From assembly GCA_016748015.1 (NCBI GenBank), contig JAAOMT010000046.1, forward strand, positions 1-64,000: DNA of 64,000 bases, written 5' to 3'. Positions 1 through 13,099 of the stretch are shown piece by piece; the first letter of the stretch is position 1; each line of letters begins with the position of its first letter. Both the position numbers and the translations under genes were made by a program. Source of the stretch: Geosiphon pyriformis uo1 (lineage: Eukaryota; Fungi; Glomeromycota). The notes under the pieces were generated by a model. It did not search any database. It had not been told where the DNA came from and saw nothing but the letters and a program-made list of their open reading frames with translations.

Positions 1-2262
1 TTTGAATAAACTGACTTATTTTCAAAGAAATTAATGAAAGTTATTGCTTTAAAAAAAGCCATCTTAAGTAGTGATATAACAAAAAGACTATAAACTAAAA
101 CTCATGTAAATTTAAATTGTTTCTAAATATTTATAATTAGAATGATTTAATTTATATCTTAATATATATATTTAAATGATTTAATTATTTGTATAGAGTC
201 TCTTTACAAAAATATCGACAATTTTAGCATAGCTTTTATTATTAAGATAAAAATTAATTTCATCACAAAATTTATGTTTAATGCAGGTTTTTTTAATATT
301 GCTTTGATATTAATAGCAAAAAATTAAATATTTATTACCAAGTTGCATATAATATAATTAAAATTAAAATAATTCTGCTTGATTCAATTTTCTTTTTAAA
401 AATTAGTTGATTGGGTCCAAAAATAAATATACTCTATATTAATATAAAATATACAATGAATAAATAACCATGAAATTTGCAAAAATCTAATATTTTTACT
501 TAGATATTTATGAATTATACTCGAGTGGAACATAATTACCAATTTTTTAAAACTAAAAACATTGATAACTTATTTAATATTACCATTTTAATTAATAAAA
601 TTGTCTTGTAAGCTTTAACGAGCTTTCATAATTTATGTAAAAACATTTGAACAATACATTTAAATAAAAGATTTAATATAAATATAATAATATAAAATCA
701 TTAAAAAAAAATTGGCTTTGTTAAATTACAATTATTTTTTAACAATAATTTATAAAAATAACAAATACACAATAATGAATACTATTTCATATATATGATT
801 AAAAATTAACAGTTGAATTTATGATTTATTAATAATTTACATAAGAAGAAAATTTATATAAAACTAAGAGGTTAATTGTTACGAGGAAATATTTGATCAG
901 AGAAATTCCAGACTGTTTCAGAACATTTGTGAATCGGCTTTGGGAATACAGACAAGGCCTGAGTTTTGGCCAACCAGTTATGCCACTTTTAACAATAGAA
1001 TCAGTCTGCTAGGATATATGCTGCAAAATTTTAGCAGCTTGTATGTAATGTTAATTGAGAAAAAAAAGCATTCATTAATTAATTAATTAATTCTGTTTTA
1101 AGTTGTGTAATAATGTTCAAGACCTGTTGCTAATCTTGTTGAATGCCAATACATTAAGTAAAGCTATTGGAAATACAATTTGTTGTAATAATTGACTCCT
1201 TGAACATCATAAGGAATGAAGTTTTCGAAATTATGCTTGTAATTCTGTATCTGTTTAATCCTCTGTAGATAGTTGGCTGTCAGTTTTATTTTGAGATAAT
1301 TCAATACAAATTGATATAGCTTGTTACAAACCACTTACAGAAGCGAAAAAAATTCGTTGGTGGAGTAATAATTTCTGTTTATATTGTAAAAGATCTGGCC
1401 ATATTGCTCATCAATGTTCTATGAAACCAGTTAATAAAATTTTAACAGCTTTGCCAAAAAATGATTAGGTTTAATACAGTAAGGAATATACATTTGTATA
1501 TTCTAACTTCTGTAACTAGTATTTAAAGTTCTGTTAGTACAGTAAATTAAATTTATTATTATTTCAGAGCAAGTTTTTGTTTTAGTTTTAAAATCCAACA
1601 TTTATTAACAGTTTGATGTTAGATTTCTAGTTATGTTTTTAGTTTTGTTATGTTATTAGATTTAGACTATCAAGTTTAGTTTTAGTATAATTACAGAAAC
1701 ACTAATTAATTCAAATGTTATCTCTTGTTTTATTGATTAGAATTTTGCAGTTTAACATAATATTTTGTTCATTTAAAAACAACACTCTATATTATTAGAA
1801 ATTATTAATAAATGGTTTATTTTTTAAAAAAATATTAATTAAAATATCCAGTAGTTAATTTTTGTTATTACTGAACATCAAAAAATTATTTTCAATGTTA
1901 TTAAGAGTCTATATTATACTATTATTTTGAAATTATCTTGGTTACAGCTGCATAATTTATTGATTAAATAAAAAACATATATTATTAAATTTCTCAATGT
2001 ATTTAAAATATCAATAGCTGTTAATCAAAAAATTCTAAAAAAACTTTATTAGTTAAAGCTATATTCAATATATTAGTAAAAAAGCATAATTCAGAACTTG
2101 CTAATTATTTTAAGTTTTTAATAAATATCTCAATACTTTTTTTTTAAAAAAAAAATGGCATTTTTAGATTTTTTATGAATTACCAGGTTTTAATTAAATT
2201 ATATTTAAAAATTCATATTTATTACTCTTAATTTTGAATTTATCGGATCACTTGTGTATTTA

Positions 2263-4874
2263 TGTCATGAGTTGGAACGAGATTTGAGTTGATTTGGAAT
2301 CAACTCAATTTGATTTGGAATTCTATTCCAACTTGAGTTAGTTTAGAATCCTCAATTTAACACTGTGTTGATTCCGAATCAACACAACCAATCATATTCT
2401 TTATGATATTCACCAATAAAAAAATTCCTTTTATCGATCAAAAAATTGATATTTGACGTGCTTTTAGTTATCATTATACTGTATGTATAATATGACCTCT
2501 CAACATCCTATTAATCATAAATGGCTTAGTCAAGAAACATTTTCTGAGCTTCTTGAAGAATATTTATTAACCAGAAATGAAAAGAGGCGGGCTAAAACTT
2601 TACTTTCTCAAGATTATATAAACCAATGTATTGAGACATTAGAAAACAATGAAAATGCAGAGAATTACAATGCTAAATCGAAGTATTGGGTATGAACCAC
2701 TTTTTATTTCGGCCTAGTTGGAAACCAGTGTGTCTGAAAGAAAAGTTATATGAAAAGCTTTGTAAATTTTATTTAGAAATTGGAAGTAAGTAATATTAAT
2801 TTAAAGTTATTTATTTAAATAAAAAATATTAATTTTTAATTTATAGATCAAAGATAAATATGCTTGGGTTCCTGAAGATTTAGTAAAGCAGTTTTGCGCG
2901 CGCTGTTCCAGGTATATAGCACGACGATCATTGGCTCAACTAGTAGCTGCAAAGCCAATTTTAGCAAAAAGTTTTATGTGTCGTTTTCAAGTGGACTTAG
3001 TTGATATGCACAATCGGCCAGATAATTCTTACAAATACATTTGTCATGCTCGGGACACTTTAGAAGGAAGAGTAATAGTCCAAGAAAACTTTGTAAAGAA
3101 GCAAAAGAAGTAGCAAGCTTTCTTTTTGAACTTTTTACTGCATTTAGGCCTCCAACTATTCTGCAAACCGATAATAGAAAAAAGTTTACAGCAGATATAA
3201 TTAGAAAATTAACAGCATTTTGGCCAACTATTCGTATTATAAATGGACGCCCAAGACATCCTCAATCTCAAGGATTAATCGAACGAGCTAATGATGTACT
3301 TCAGCAAAAGCTTTCAAAATGGACGGAAAATAAAGAAACTAATAATTGGTCGCATGGACTTTATTGGGTGACATATAAAAGCATATTTTTTATATTATTT
3401 AACTTATCTAAATAATTACTAATTTATTTTTATACTTAAATGCAATGAACACAGAAGTCTCTTCTGTTACTGGCTTTTTCCCATATGAAAAGGTGTTTGG
3501 AAGAAAACCTCGCGCAAATTATTTTATTCTTGAGTCCCTTTTTGAACAATTAATTACTCAAGAAGAAGACCTTCTTAAAGATTTGGATGTAGAGTCATCT
3601 TACAAAAAAACACAATCACAAATTCAACAGGAAATGAAAAGTAACAATGAACAACAAGTAAACCAACGCCAGTGGCAAGATAACCAGCAAAGGCAGCGGC
3701 AAGATAACCAGCAGAGGCAACAGCAAGATGACCAACAAAGGCAGCGGCAAGATGACCAGCAAAGGCAGCAGCATCGATGTCAAAATGTCCAACAAGATGA
3801 CCAGCAACAGCCACTGCAAGATATCCAATGGCAACAGTCAAATGACCAGCAGCAGCACATAAACTAGTGGAAATGACGATTAAACCAGCAACAGTGACGT
3901 CAAGTAGTAAATACTATTGAAAGAGAATTAAGGGAAATCAAGGAAAATATTATTGAGTAATGGATGGAAGAAATTACCTGTCTTTTAGAAAGTACTAAGT
4001 CTCACCCCAATAACTTCCAGATTTCTTCAGTTACAATTTTAAGTGACAAGATAATGGTTTTGTTTTTTTGCTCTTTCCATATTTATTTTTATATTAATTT
4101 TTTTAATAGGATAATGATGACCAAAACAATGTGCTACACGATATTGCTAACTTACCTACTGGCCATTACAAAATACGTCAAATTGCCCATGATCGATATC
4201 TTAATAATGCCAAAAAAATGCAAGAAAAAATGCAAAGCAAAAAATATTTTATGAAACTGAAGATTTCGTACAAATTGGGATTCCAAAGATTGATCATTCA
4301 GGTATGGATAGAAAGCTTCTTATACACAAAGTAGTCGGAATTATCAATGACAGACTGTACAGATTGGGATGCAAATAAGGAATTTTGAATAATTCTTACC
4401 ATGTGACAGAATTAATGTCTACTAAGGCTATCGATTTTCCAGAATTGCGAGAGATACCAAATATCTTTATTTCTTTGCGTAAAGCAGTCTTACGTCAAAG
4501 TCGAGAGGAAATAACAGTTTATCAATACAATTGTAAGGGAAGTTGTAAAACTAATCATTGTAATTGTAAAAAAGCTGGAGTTTTAGGTGGTGCACGATGT
4601 CATGGTAGTAGTAGCAATAGTTGTGAAAATCGAAAAGAATAGTGCCAAAATTACAATAAATAAATGCTAGCATTATACATATAACGATAACTAAAAGTGC
4701 GTCAAATATCAATTATTTGATTGATAAAAGGAATTTTTTTATTGGTGAATATCATAAAAAATATAATTGGTTGTGTTGATTCGGAATCAACACAGTGTTG
4801 AATTAAGGATTCTAAACTAACTCAAGTTGAAATAGAATCCCAAATCAACTAAAATCCTGTTCCAATTCATGACA
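2263..4874 (+). mobile_element. Ginger-superfamily DNA transposon (KRBA2/SCAND3-like integrase-type transposase), degenerate
   Basis: Ends TGTCATGA...TCATGACA; ~200-bp terminal inverted repeats (2263-~2475 / ~4680-4874); 4-bp TSD TTTA (2259-2262, 4875-4878). Internal rve motifs QVDLVDM, ILQTDN and RPRHPQSQGLIERAN; Cys-rich C-terminus CKGSCKTNHCNCKK..ARCH. Confidence 0.9.
2483..4642 (+). pseudogene. Intron-containing Ginger transposase, broken by stops and frameshifts
   Basis: ORF fragments 2483-2695, 2931-3415, 3445-3867, 4131-4334 and 4385-4642 are collinear parts of one transposase. AT-rich intron-like spacers at ~2790-2846, ~3368-3440 and ~4057-4109. Q-rich 24-nt repeats at ~3660-3860. 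Confidence 0.8.
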
Positions 4875-6919
4875 TTTACAAAGATTAATCTTTGAAATAT
4901 TTACAACTTGGTATAAATACATAAAAAAATGAATAAAAATGACTTTTTAAATGCATTATAACTATTTTAAGTATTTAGTTATGCTTTTTAAATTAACAAA
5001 TACTTCTGCTGTGTTTTAATATTTAATAAATAATATTTTTAAAAATTATTTAGATTAAATTTTTATTTATTTTAAAAACCAAAAAGAGCATAAAATATAT
5101 ATATGTCAAATATTAAAGTAATTATAACAGTATAAATTATATATTAAGCATAAGAAATACAAGTTTAACCAGTTTTAAGTTGAATTTCTTAAGTATATCG
5201 TTTTTTTTAAAGATATTTTAATAGATTTTAAGAAGATTTAAACAATTTTGGATTAGAAAATGCCTTTTTTTGTAAAAATGGTCAAAAATTCTTTGGATTT
5301 GCCAATTTTTATTAATAATTTATTAAGAATTATTCAAAGATAATAACACTATCGACCGTTTTGACAAAAAAAAATTGGTTGTATGATCATCTTAAGTTAA
5401 TAATGCATTTAAATTTTAAAACAAGTTTTTACTTTTTTATATATATTAATTTATGTAATCTTGTTAAACAATATATTATTGAGACTAATGTTTTTATTTT
5501 GTACTAGAGACTAGTTTATTACAACTAAGATCAAATAATTAGTTATATCTTATTGTTTTTTATTGGCATAAATTTTCTATTCAGGAAACCAATATAAAAT
5601 TTATGATAAAAAGCTTTCGACAATTATTGCCGCTTTTAAGCAATAATAATATTAGTTTATTAGTACTAGTATTTGGTAATTGTTCTTTATAATTACAAAA
5701 ATCTCTAATATTTTATAATAATACAAACACTTAGTTAATAGCAAGTCTAGTGGGCAATTTTATTGGCAGATTTTAATTTCAAAATTTCTTATTATTCCAA
5801 ACAAAATAAATACTTTTTTACATAATTTGAAAAAAAAGTAATGAAATTTATGTTTAACAAAAAACTATGTTATTTAAAGCTAAAAAATAGGAAATTGCTG
5901 CTTTTTTTTCCTTTTGTGTTGATTTAAAGCTTTTAAAAGCAATTAAATAAGCTACAAGTATTAATAATTTTGCCAAGAAAATTATTAATAATATTTTCAA
6001 TTCTATTTTATCTATTATAAAACATATGAATTATAAGAACTCAAATAATTGCAAGTCTTGAATAAAATTACAATAAGCTAACACTTTGAAGTTGATAAAA
6101 TTTTTAAGTTAATTATTAAAATATTTTTTGTAGCCACAGTAAAAAAAGGTTATTAAAATATACATAAAATTATGTAATATTTGCTTTTGGTTCAAACTTT
6201 TTTATAATTTGCTTATTTTAAAATAGTTTTAAAGATTGATTTTTAATTTGTGTTTTGATTTTAAAAGTGTTTTTTGAGTTTTTTGGCATTAAAACTTTAT
6301 AATCTTTAATATTTTACTCTTAAACCAATAGTTAGATAAAAATATTAATTATATTTTAATATATTACTTATAATGTTTTATGAATTATCAACAAAATAAT
6401 TGGTTCAATCTAGTAGTATTAACAGAATTTGCATACAATAGCATCTTTTAAATTTCAATTAAAATGATAGATAATATTCTTGGTTCAATACTTTTATGGT
6501 CAGAAAATTAGTAAATTTTATTGTTAAAAAATATATTGCTAAGATTTAAGAGATTTAAAAAAAGTTAATCAGCAAACCTAAAAATAATATCAATAAATAA
6601 AAAGAAAAAATAAATAAATGGCAATAAGTTATAAAGTTTGGCTTTTATAATACAACATTAAAACAATTTAACTTTTAAATGAATTAAATTACAAGAAATT
6701 CGATTCATTTAAAATAACTTGTTAGATTAAATTTGTGATTTACAAGTTAAGATTACTGATATATTTTAGAATCTATAATATTTTTCATGTTTTTTAATTG
6801 AAACTATATTATAATTCAAACTTACTTAAGCAAACAAAAAAGTTACCTCCACTTATTTAATTCAAAAATGACAATATATTTAAAGTTAATAAAATTTTGA
6901 ATTCAAAAAGAGTAAAAAA

Positions 6920-7385
6920 GCTATATTTTTCAAATTTGGCTAAATAATTTTGTCAAAGCCGTGGATTTGAGTTAAATACCCTCTTTATCTTTTTTTATTC
7001 TTAAGCTAGTTTATTTGCGAAACATATTATTTTCACTAGGCCATAAAAAAATAACGTTTAGGGGTCAGAATTATTATCATCATTGCAAATGGTGATTAAT
7101 GTCATTTTCCTCTGACAGATAGATTTACATCATTTCGGATGGGTTTATTTAATGTCGCCGGATAGTCTTCGCATCGTTCCGGATGGGTTACGTCATACTG
7201 GATGAAAAAAAAACATAGTTTTACATCATTTCGGATGGAAGATTTACATCATATCAGATGGGTAGATTTACATCTTATCAGATGGGTTAATTAGCGTCAT
7301 CTTCCATCGACGGATAGTTTTATGTCTTCCCGGACAGATAATCTATATTTGATTTGCCCCACACAGGGTTTGAACCCTGAGTGGG
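6920..7385 (-). repeat. Dispersed SINE-like repeat with a tRNA B-box-like head and ~22-bp tandem hairpin units (copy 1)
   Basis: Units like GATTTACATCATATCAGATGG repeated at 7120-7290. Minus-strand GGGTTCAAACCC. Homologous copies at 18755-19117 and 42590-42845. Confidence 0.5.
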
Positions 7386-10292
7386 AGGGTTTAATCGAAT
7401 ATTAGAGTGCCGCGCTTTCCTTCCTAAGACAATTTGCCTTAACTAATTTTTATGTCAAAAACCTTCCCTATAACCTGAAACTTTGAGTATTACTGGTTAG
7501 GACCAATAAGATCTTGCTTCTAATTAAAACTTAAAACAGAAAGAAGGAATGTCATAAAATGAATAATCTTTTTAATATATTTTAGAAAATAACATAGCTT
7601 TGAGCGTGTTTATATTTTGTGTTTATCTAAAATGACTTTTTAGATTATTCACTTTCTGTAATATTTAAAATTTTTAATTCAGAAAAAAAAATTTAACTTA
7701 ATTTTTATAGCTCATCCTCAATTACTCGTTTCACAATTTTTATAATTTGTTGCTTAATTCTTTAATACAAAGTTCTCTGAGATTTGGGATTGGGGATTGA
7801 TCCGAGTAAACTTTTGCCCCTATTATCAAAATATATTCACTGACTGTGAGGTTGGCCTTAATCTCGCTAATTTAGTAAACAAACCTCCCACATTGCATGA
7901 TTATCATGATTATCATGATCATCTCTTACTTATCACTAATTTATCATTTACTAACTACACTATACAGTCTCCGATTTAAGGTTTTTTGCCTCTTTTACTC
8001 ATACCATATTTTGCATTATAATCTGAAAGTTCTACCTTAGAATGAAGGAAGATCAAACTTCACCTCTAGAAACACATTGCAAAACCTCTTTATTATACTT
8101 TATTCAAACTAATAATCCCACAAAAATTCTTCAAATTTTAACATCTATCCTTTCAAATATGAGCATAGACTGCCGTAAAAAGGCAGCTAAACAAATAATT
8201 GTTAAAAAAGACCAACATGGTGATACATTGGTGCATTTTGCAGCACGTTATCATGCAATTGATGTTTTGAAATTGTTTGTGAACGAGTTTAGTGCAGATG
8301 TTACAGGAGTTAATATTCATGGTATGCAAAAACTCAAATAACCATATTTTTGAAAGTTACCACGATTAGATTAAGTAAATGAGCACATCTTTTTAAACTC
8401 AGGAAGGCAACCACTTCATGAAGCAATTGATGATTTAGAATGTGTTAAGTTTTTATGTCATCATTCGAATATAGATGCAAATTGTATAAAACATGATGGA
8501 TGGACACCTATAATGATTTCAGGTAAGGATAATTATATTTAATAAATTTGAGATTCTCTGTTTTCTATTAGGTTTATTTCTGATTTCGATATATTTATTT
8601 CTAGCGATAAAGGGGAGAATTGACATCGCGAAAGAATTAGTTCAAACTGGAGCCAGAGTTAATCTAAAAAATAAAGATAGCTGGAATAGTCTTCATCTGG
8701 CTTCAAAAGAAGGTTCCATTTATCAATATATTTAATTTTTGCCTTTATCAAATGTTAATTATTTAATCTTTATGTTATAACTACTTATAATTACTTATAA
8801 TTTTAAGGTCATTTAGCTCTTGTGAAATACCTTACATTACTCTCGCCGGAAACTGTATTTACACCAAGTAATTCAGGCCGATTACCAATACATACTGCTG
8901 CACTCTATATTCATGTCGACATTGTTCTATTTTTCCTAGAATATTTCTCAAATTCTAATCTTCCTTTTTATAACACTGCACATTTGGACATCTTTTTAAC
9001 GACATCTGATATTTCTGGAATTAACTTTTTTCAGAAAGCTGTGATATCTGGAAATTTACGGCTCATTAAAACGCTTTTAGAAGATTATAAAATTGATCTA
9101 AATGCAATGAATAAATTGGGAAGACAGGCGATACATCATTCTGCCATGACCGGAAATGCAGAGGTTATCAAATTTTTATAAGCAAAGAGAAGAGAAAAAA
9201 GAAAGCGGATAGAAATTTAGAGATTGAGATTGAAATTGATGATGATGTTGATGTTGATGCTAGAGATGAATAGGACTTGTGGACACCTTTACATTTTGCA
9301 GCTAACGAGAGACATGAGAAGATATTTACATTATTAGTTAACCAATATAAGGCTCGAAAAGATATTAGGGATAGGCATGGGAGAACAGCATTAGATATAG
9401 GTATAGTATGAAGAAACTCTTATCTTTTTGATATTTTTTTAAAAAGTAAATTATTTGCTTTCTATACTTTAAAATTACAACAGCTTATATGTGGAATCGA
9501 GAAAGCATAATAGTATCTATTCGCAAAGAGTGATATTTAAAAATTATTTTTTCAAAAACCGCATAAGAAATGAATTTTGGAAAACTTCATCATCTATATT
9601 TAGGATTATAACTGTATTTTTTTCGGACGATGGATATATAAGATAAATTAATAATTATAAGCATTTTTTTTGATAACGCAGTTTAGTATTACATGTATTA
9701 GCTCAAGTTAAACACATTATGGGCTCATAAAAAATCTGCAAGGTTTTCAATGATTAATATCTTTTGGTAAACACCCTAAAAAAGATTGTGTTATTTATAA
9801 ATTTTAACCTTCAGAAAAATATAAAATAACCGTCACAAAAATTATTTTTAGCTAAATTTATATTCTATGTGAAAGTATTTTTTAGATATTTTAGTGATAG
9901 CTTTTTTAGAATTTCAAGTCTATTTGGTAGATTTCAATTCAAATAAATAAATAAAATAAGATTTTGTATAAAACACAATGAATTATTTTATGAAATATAA
10001 AAACAGCCTGTAAATTTTTTAAATTTTTTAAATTATTACAAGTTAACCCAGAATAACAGTACTTATGAGAAATAAAAAAAATAAATGACGAAAAAATGAA
10101 AATCACAACAAAAATGCTTATTTAAAAAACTTCCGATAATTAGCAACATTAACAGTTTAATACATGATCTAAATATTCAAAATCTTTTTAGAACATTTAT
10201 TTAAAAAAAAATTTCATAAATTAAAAAATCAAACAAACCATTTTTTATAAAATTCCCACAACTTTTAAATGTCCAAATTAAACTAATTTAAC
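6972..10292 (+). repeat. Left arm of ~3.3-kb inverted segmental duplication
   Basis: Reverse complement aligns by eye to 16037-19117 across promoter, gene and ~750 bp of 3' flank. Confidence 0.92.
8042..9533 (+). pseudogene. ANKRD16: ANKRD16-like ankyrin-repeat gene, pseudogenised copy (5 exons)
   Basis: Spliced product GDTLVHFAARY..GRQPLHEA..NCIKHDGWTPIMISA..NLKNKDSWNSLHLASKEGH..GRLPIHTAA matches the ANKRD16 repeat pattern. Relative to the other copy: 4-bp deletion at ~9178 causing a stop at 9179-9181, TGG>TAG at ~9271, and a ~45-bp promoter deletion near 7835. Confidence 0.8.
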
Positions 10293-11292
10293 GAAAATTG
10301 AAATAATATTTATCATATTTGAAAAATTTTAATTTATAGCCTTTAACAAGTATAAATCTTTCAAAATTTTGCTTTTTAATTTTTTCTATAATTCTTAAAT
10401 TTGATTCTCTAAACCTGAAATTTATGCTTATTAAAAATATTATTAATATATTAAAGGCTTGTTAATTAGGAATTATGCTTGAATTTTCTTTTAAAAAGGC
10501 AAAATAAATTTTAAATACTAATGCAATTTTTAGTACATATATTATTTATTTATTATGCTTTATTAAAGTAGGACCAAATATATACATATTTAAAGTTTTT
10601 AAATGCAAAGAATTTTAAATTTTATTTTAGGCAAATAAAAAGTTTTGCAAAAATACAAATATTTATACTTCTGAATATGACTTTTCTCTTAAGCTTTTAA
10701 TATAAATTCAGACCTTATAGTAATCAACTCAAAGAAATTATAAATAATATAATATAATATAAATTTTCAATAATAAAACAATATATCGAACCCTTAATAA
10801 AGCATTAAAACAATAGAAAATTTGCTGCTAGTTTTAAAAATTAAGAAATAAAACATACAATTTTTTTAACATTTTTATAATATTATGGTTTTGAACTTAA
10901 TAGATTCGCAAATAACATTGAAAAAGCAATAATATTTTATTTTAAAAGCTAAGTGTATAAATATTACTTGATAATAGTTAGAAACATGCTTTATATCCAA
11001 TTTTATAAAGCTACAAAATATTATCTCAAAGCTTATTCTTTAAAAAATTAATTTATTGTTTTAATTTATTTATATTATTTAATTAGAAGCATTTTATTAA
11101 GTTGTTTAACAATTTTTTCAATGGCTAAAATTTTATTACAAACTGTTAATCTCAATTTACAATTTGCAGAAATAGTAAAACTAATTTTGAAATTTATTTG
11201 GCATGAAAAATCTGGATAAATATTCAGAAAAGAAATATTTTGTATTAAAAATTTTAAATATATAATAATTATAACTGTAAAAAATTAGACAG

Positions 11293-12300
11293 TTTTTTTA
11301 TAGTCCTTCCACTATTTACTATAGATATAGATCATGCATTTTTTACACGTAATCAGCTACTTGAACTTACTGTTATTGGTCTGAGTTCAATTATGGTGTT
11401 CAATCTGAATTTGGCTATAAACAACAGTCTTTTTTCATATAGATAATAGCAGCAATAGCATGTTTGCCAAAACTGGCTTTAATTAGCATATACTGAATTG
11501 CTTGATACTTTGAATTCTAGTATTACTAAAGGTTTTAATTGGTTTTTCAGATGTTATTAATGTTATATTTGCTTTTAATTTTGTTGTTGCTAAAAGCTAA
11601 TTAATCTTTAATAAGTTATTTATTCCCAAAATATTTTTTTATATTTTGAATTGTGTATACTATTGGATTTATGATAAAATAACCAATTTTATGCCAATTA
11701 TTTTGTATAGTTACTTTGTTAAAAAAAAAATTTCTGTTCAAGCTTAAAGTAATTAAACTGTTTATTAAAATTAATAGCTAATTAATTCAAAATATTAGTT
11801 AAGATAATAAATATTAAGTTAATTATTAAAAAAAATTTGTTTTTTTTAAGTAAAAATATTTATTTTATTTTGATAATTGTATTACTACTTGATAAATTAA
11901 TTTCTAACTTGATATATTTTTTAAAAAAAGAAGCTCTTTTTTTATATATTTTATTATAATACTATTTTGAATTTTAGCACTCATTTTTTTGCTAATATTT
12001 GAATAAACTTAATGTATATTTTAATAAACTATTGAATATTTTAATAAATTTTTTAAAAATTTGCCAAAATATTGATAAATTCTTGAATGTTATATAGTTA
12101 TAAATATTGTATAATCTGATTATTGCATTTAGTTATATATGTTTATTTTTTAAATTAAGTTATTAATTAAATAATAAGCAATCAAATTAATTTTTATTAA
12201 TTATAAAAACTAAGCAAATTATATTTCTATATATAACTTTAAGAAATTCATTTATTAAGTCATCTAATTATAAAAATTAAATTAATTAAATAAAAACCAG
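11293..12300 (-). mobile_element. Decayed non-autonomous retroposon with LINE-type 3' tail and an ORF relic not recognised as LINE ORF2
   Basis: The minus strand carries the 3' motif AAGTTCAAGTAGCTGATTACGTGTAAAAAATGCATGATCTA (11328-11369) and a poly-A (T7 at 11293-11299). Upstream relic translates '..NNWHKIGYF..QLKPLVILEFKVSSNSVYAN*'. 5' boundary uncertain. Confidence 0.5.
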
Positions 12301-12599
12301 ATTGCTTTTTTTTTTCTGTTTTTTGATAATATTATTATTTTTAATAGTATTTAAAAGTTTTTTACAAATTATTATAAAAATTTTAAGTAAGTAATCTTTA
12401 TTTTAATGTTTGATAAAACTATAAATATTAAAATAATTTATGTAAAGACTATATTCTACTTTTTGTCTGATTTTTTTGGTTTAAAATTAATTACTAAAAA
12501 CAATAATAAACTTTTTTGTATTAAGTTTGTATTTTAAACTTTTTTAAATACTGCTGTTATAGTTAAAACTTTTACTTTTTAGTTTTATATATTTATTTA

Positions 12600-12830
12600 A
12601 CCATAGTTAAATATATATATTAGTTATTAATATTATTAGTTAGCCATCCTATTTTTAAAAATAATTAATAATATAATTATTAACTTGATTAATAACTTAA
12701 TTATTTACTTAGTTATTAATTTGATCATTAATTCAATTATTAACTTAATTATTAATTAAATCATTAATATGATTACTAATCTAATTATTGATTTTTTTAA
12801 GAGTATATAAGTAAGACTTTAAAAGCTATA
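12600..12830 (+). repeat. AT-eroded dispersed repeat with ~12-bp minisatellite (TTGATTATTAAC-like), copy 1
   Basis: Same flank and unit structure as 53930-54100. Confidence 0.5.
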
Positions 12831-13099
12831 GAAATTTATTTATATTTAAATCAAAAATTAATTCAAAACAAAGATCAATATAATAATATTAATTTAATTT
12901 TTTTATTTTATTTTTATTATTTTATTTTTTTGATTTGTGTAATTTTTAGTTTTTGTAAAATATATTAAATAAATATTTACTAAAAAATACAACCAATATT
13001 TAATATTAAATTCTAAAAATATTAATATAAAACATAAAATTATATTAATGTGTTATTTTTTTGTTAATAATATAAACTATTTTTCTATTTTTAGATTTT

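Larger units (their letters stand above)
900..6915 (+). mobile_element. Decayed Ty3/gypsy LTR-retrotransposon internal region (gag-RT-RNase H-integrase), interrupted by a Ginger transposon
   Basis: Manual translation of relics: gag 'FGNTDKA..LANQL..NQSARIYAAKF' (~930-1040) and zinc knuckle 'QIDIACYKPLTEAKKIRWWSNNFCLYCKRSGHIAHQC' (CX2CX4HX4C at 1376-1417); RT 'FTKINL*NIYNLV' right after 4874; RNase H 'YDKKLSTIIAAFKQ' (~5600-5645); integrase 'NYQQNNWFNLVVLTEFAYNS' (~6382-6440) and 'YKLRL..FRIYNIFHV' (~6740-6790). The order RT-RH-IN is gypsy. Boundaries approximate; LTRs not recognised. Confidence 0.8.

Noticed and set aside
7120-7330. CRISPR-like array
   Set aside because: Units are degenerate and nearly adjacent, with no unique spacers of constant length; eukaryotic context and no cas genes.
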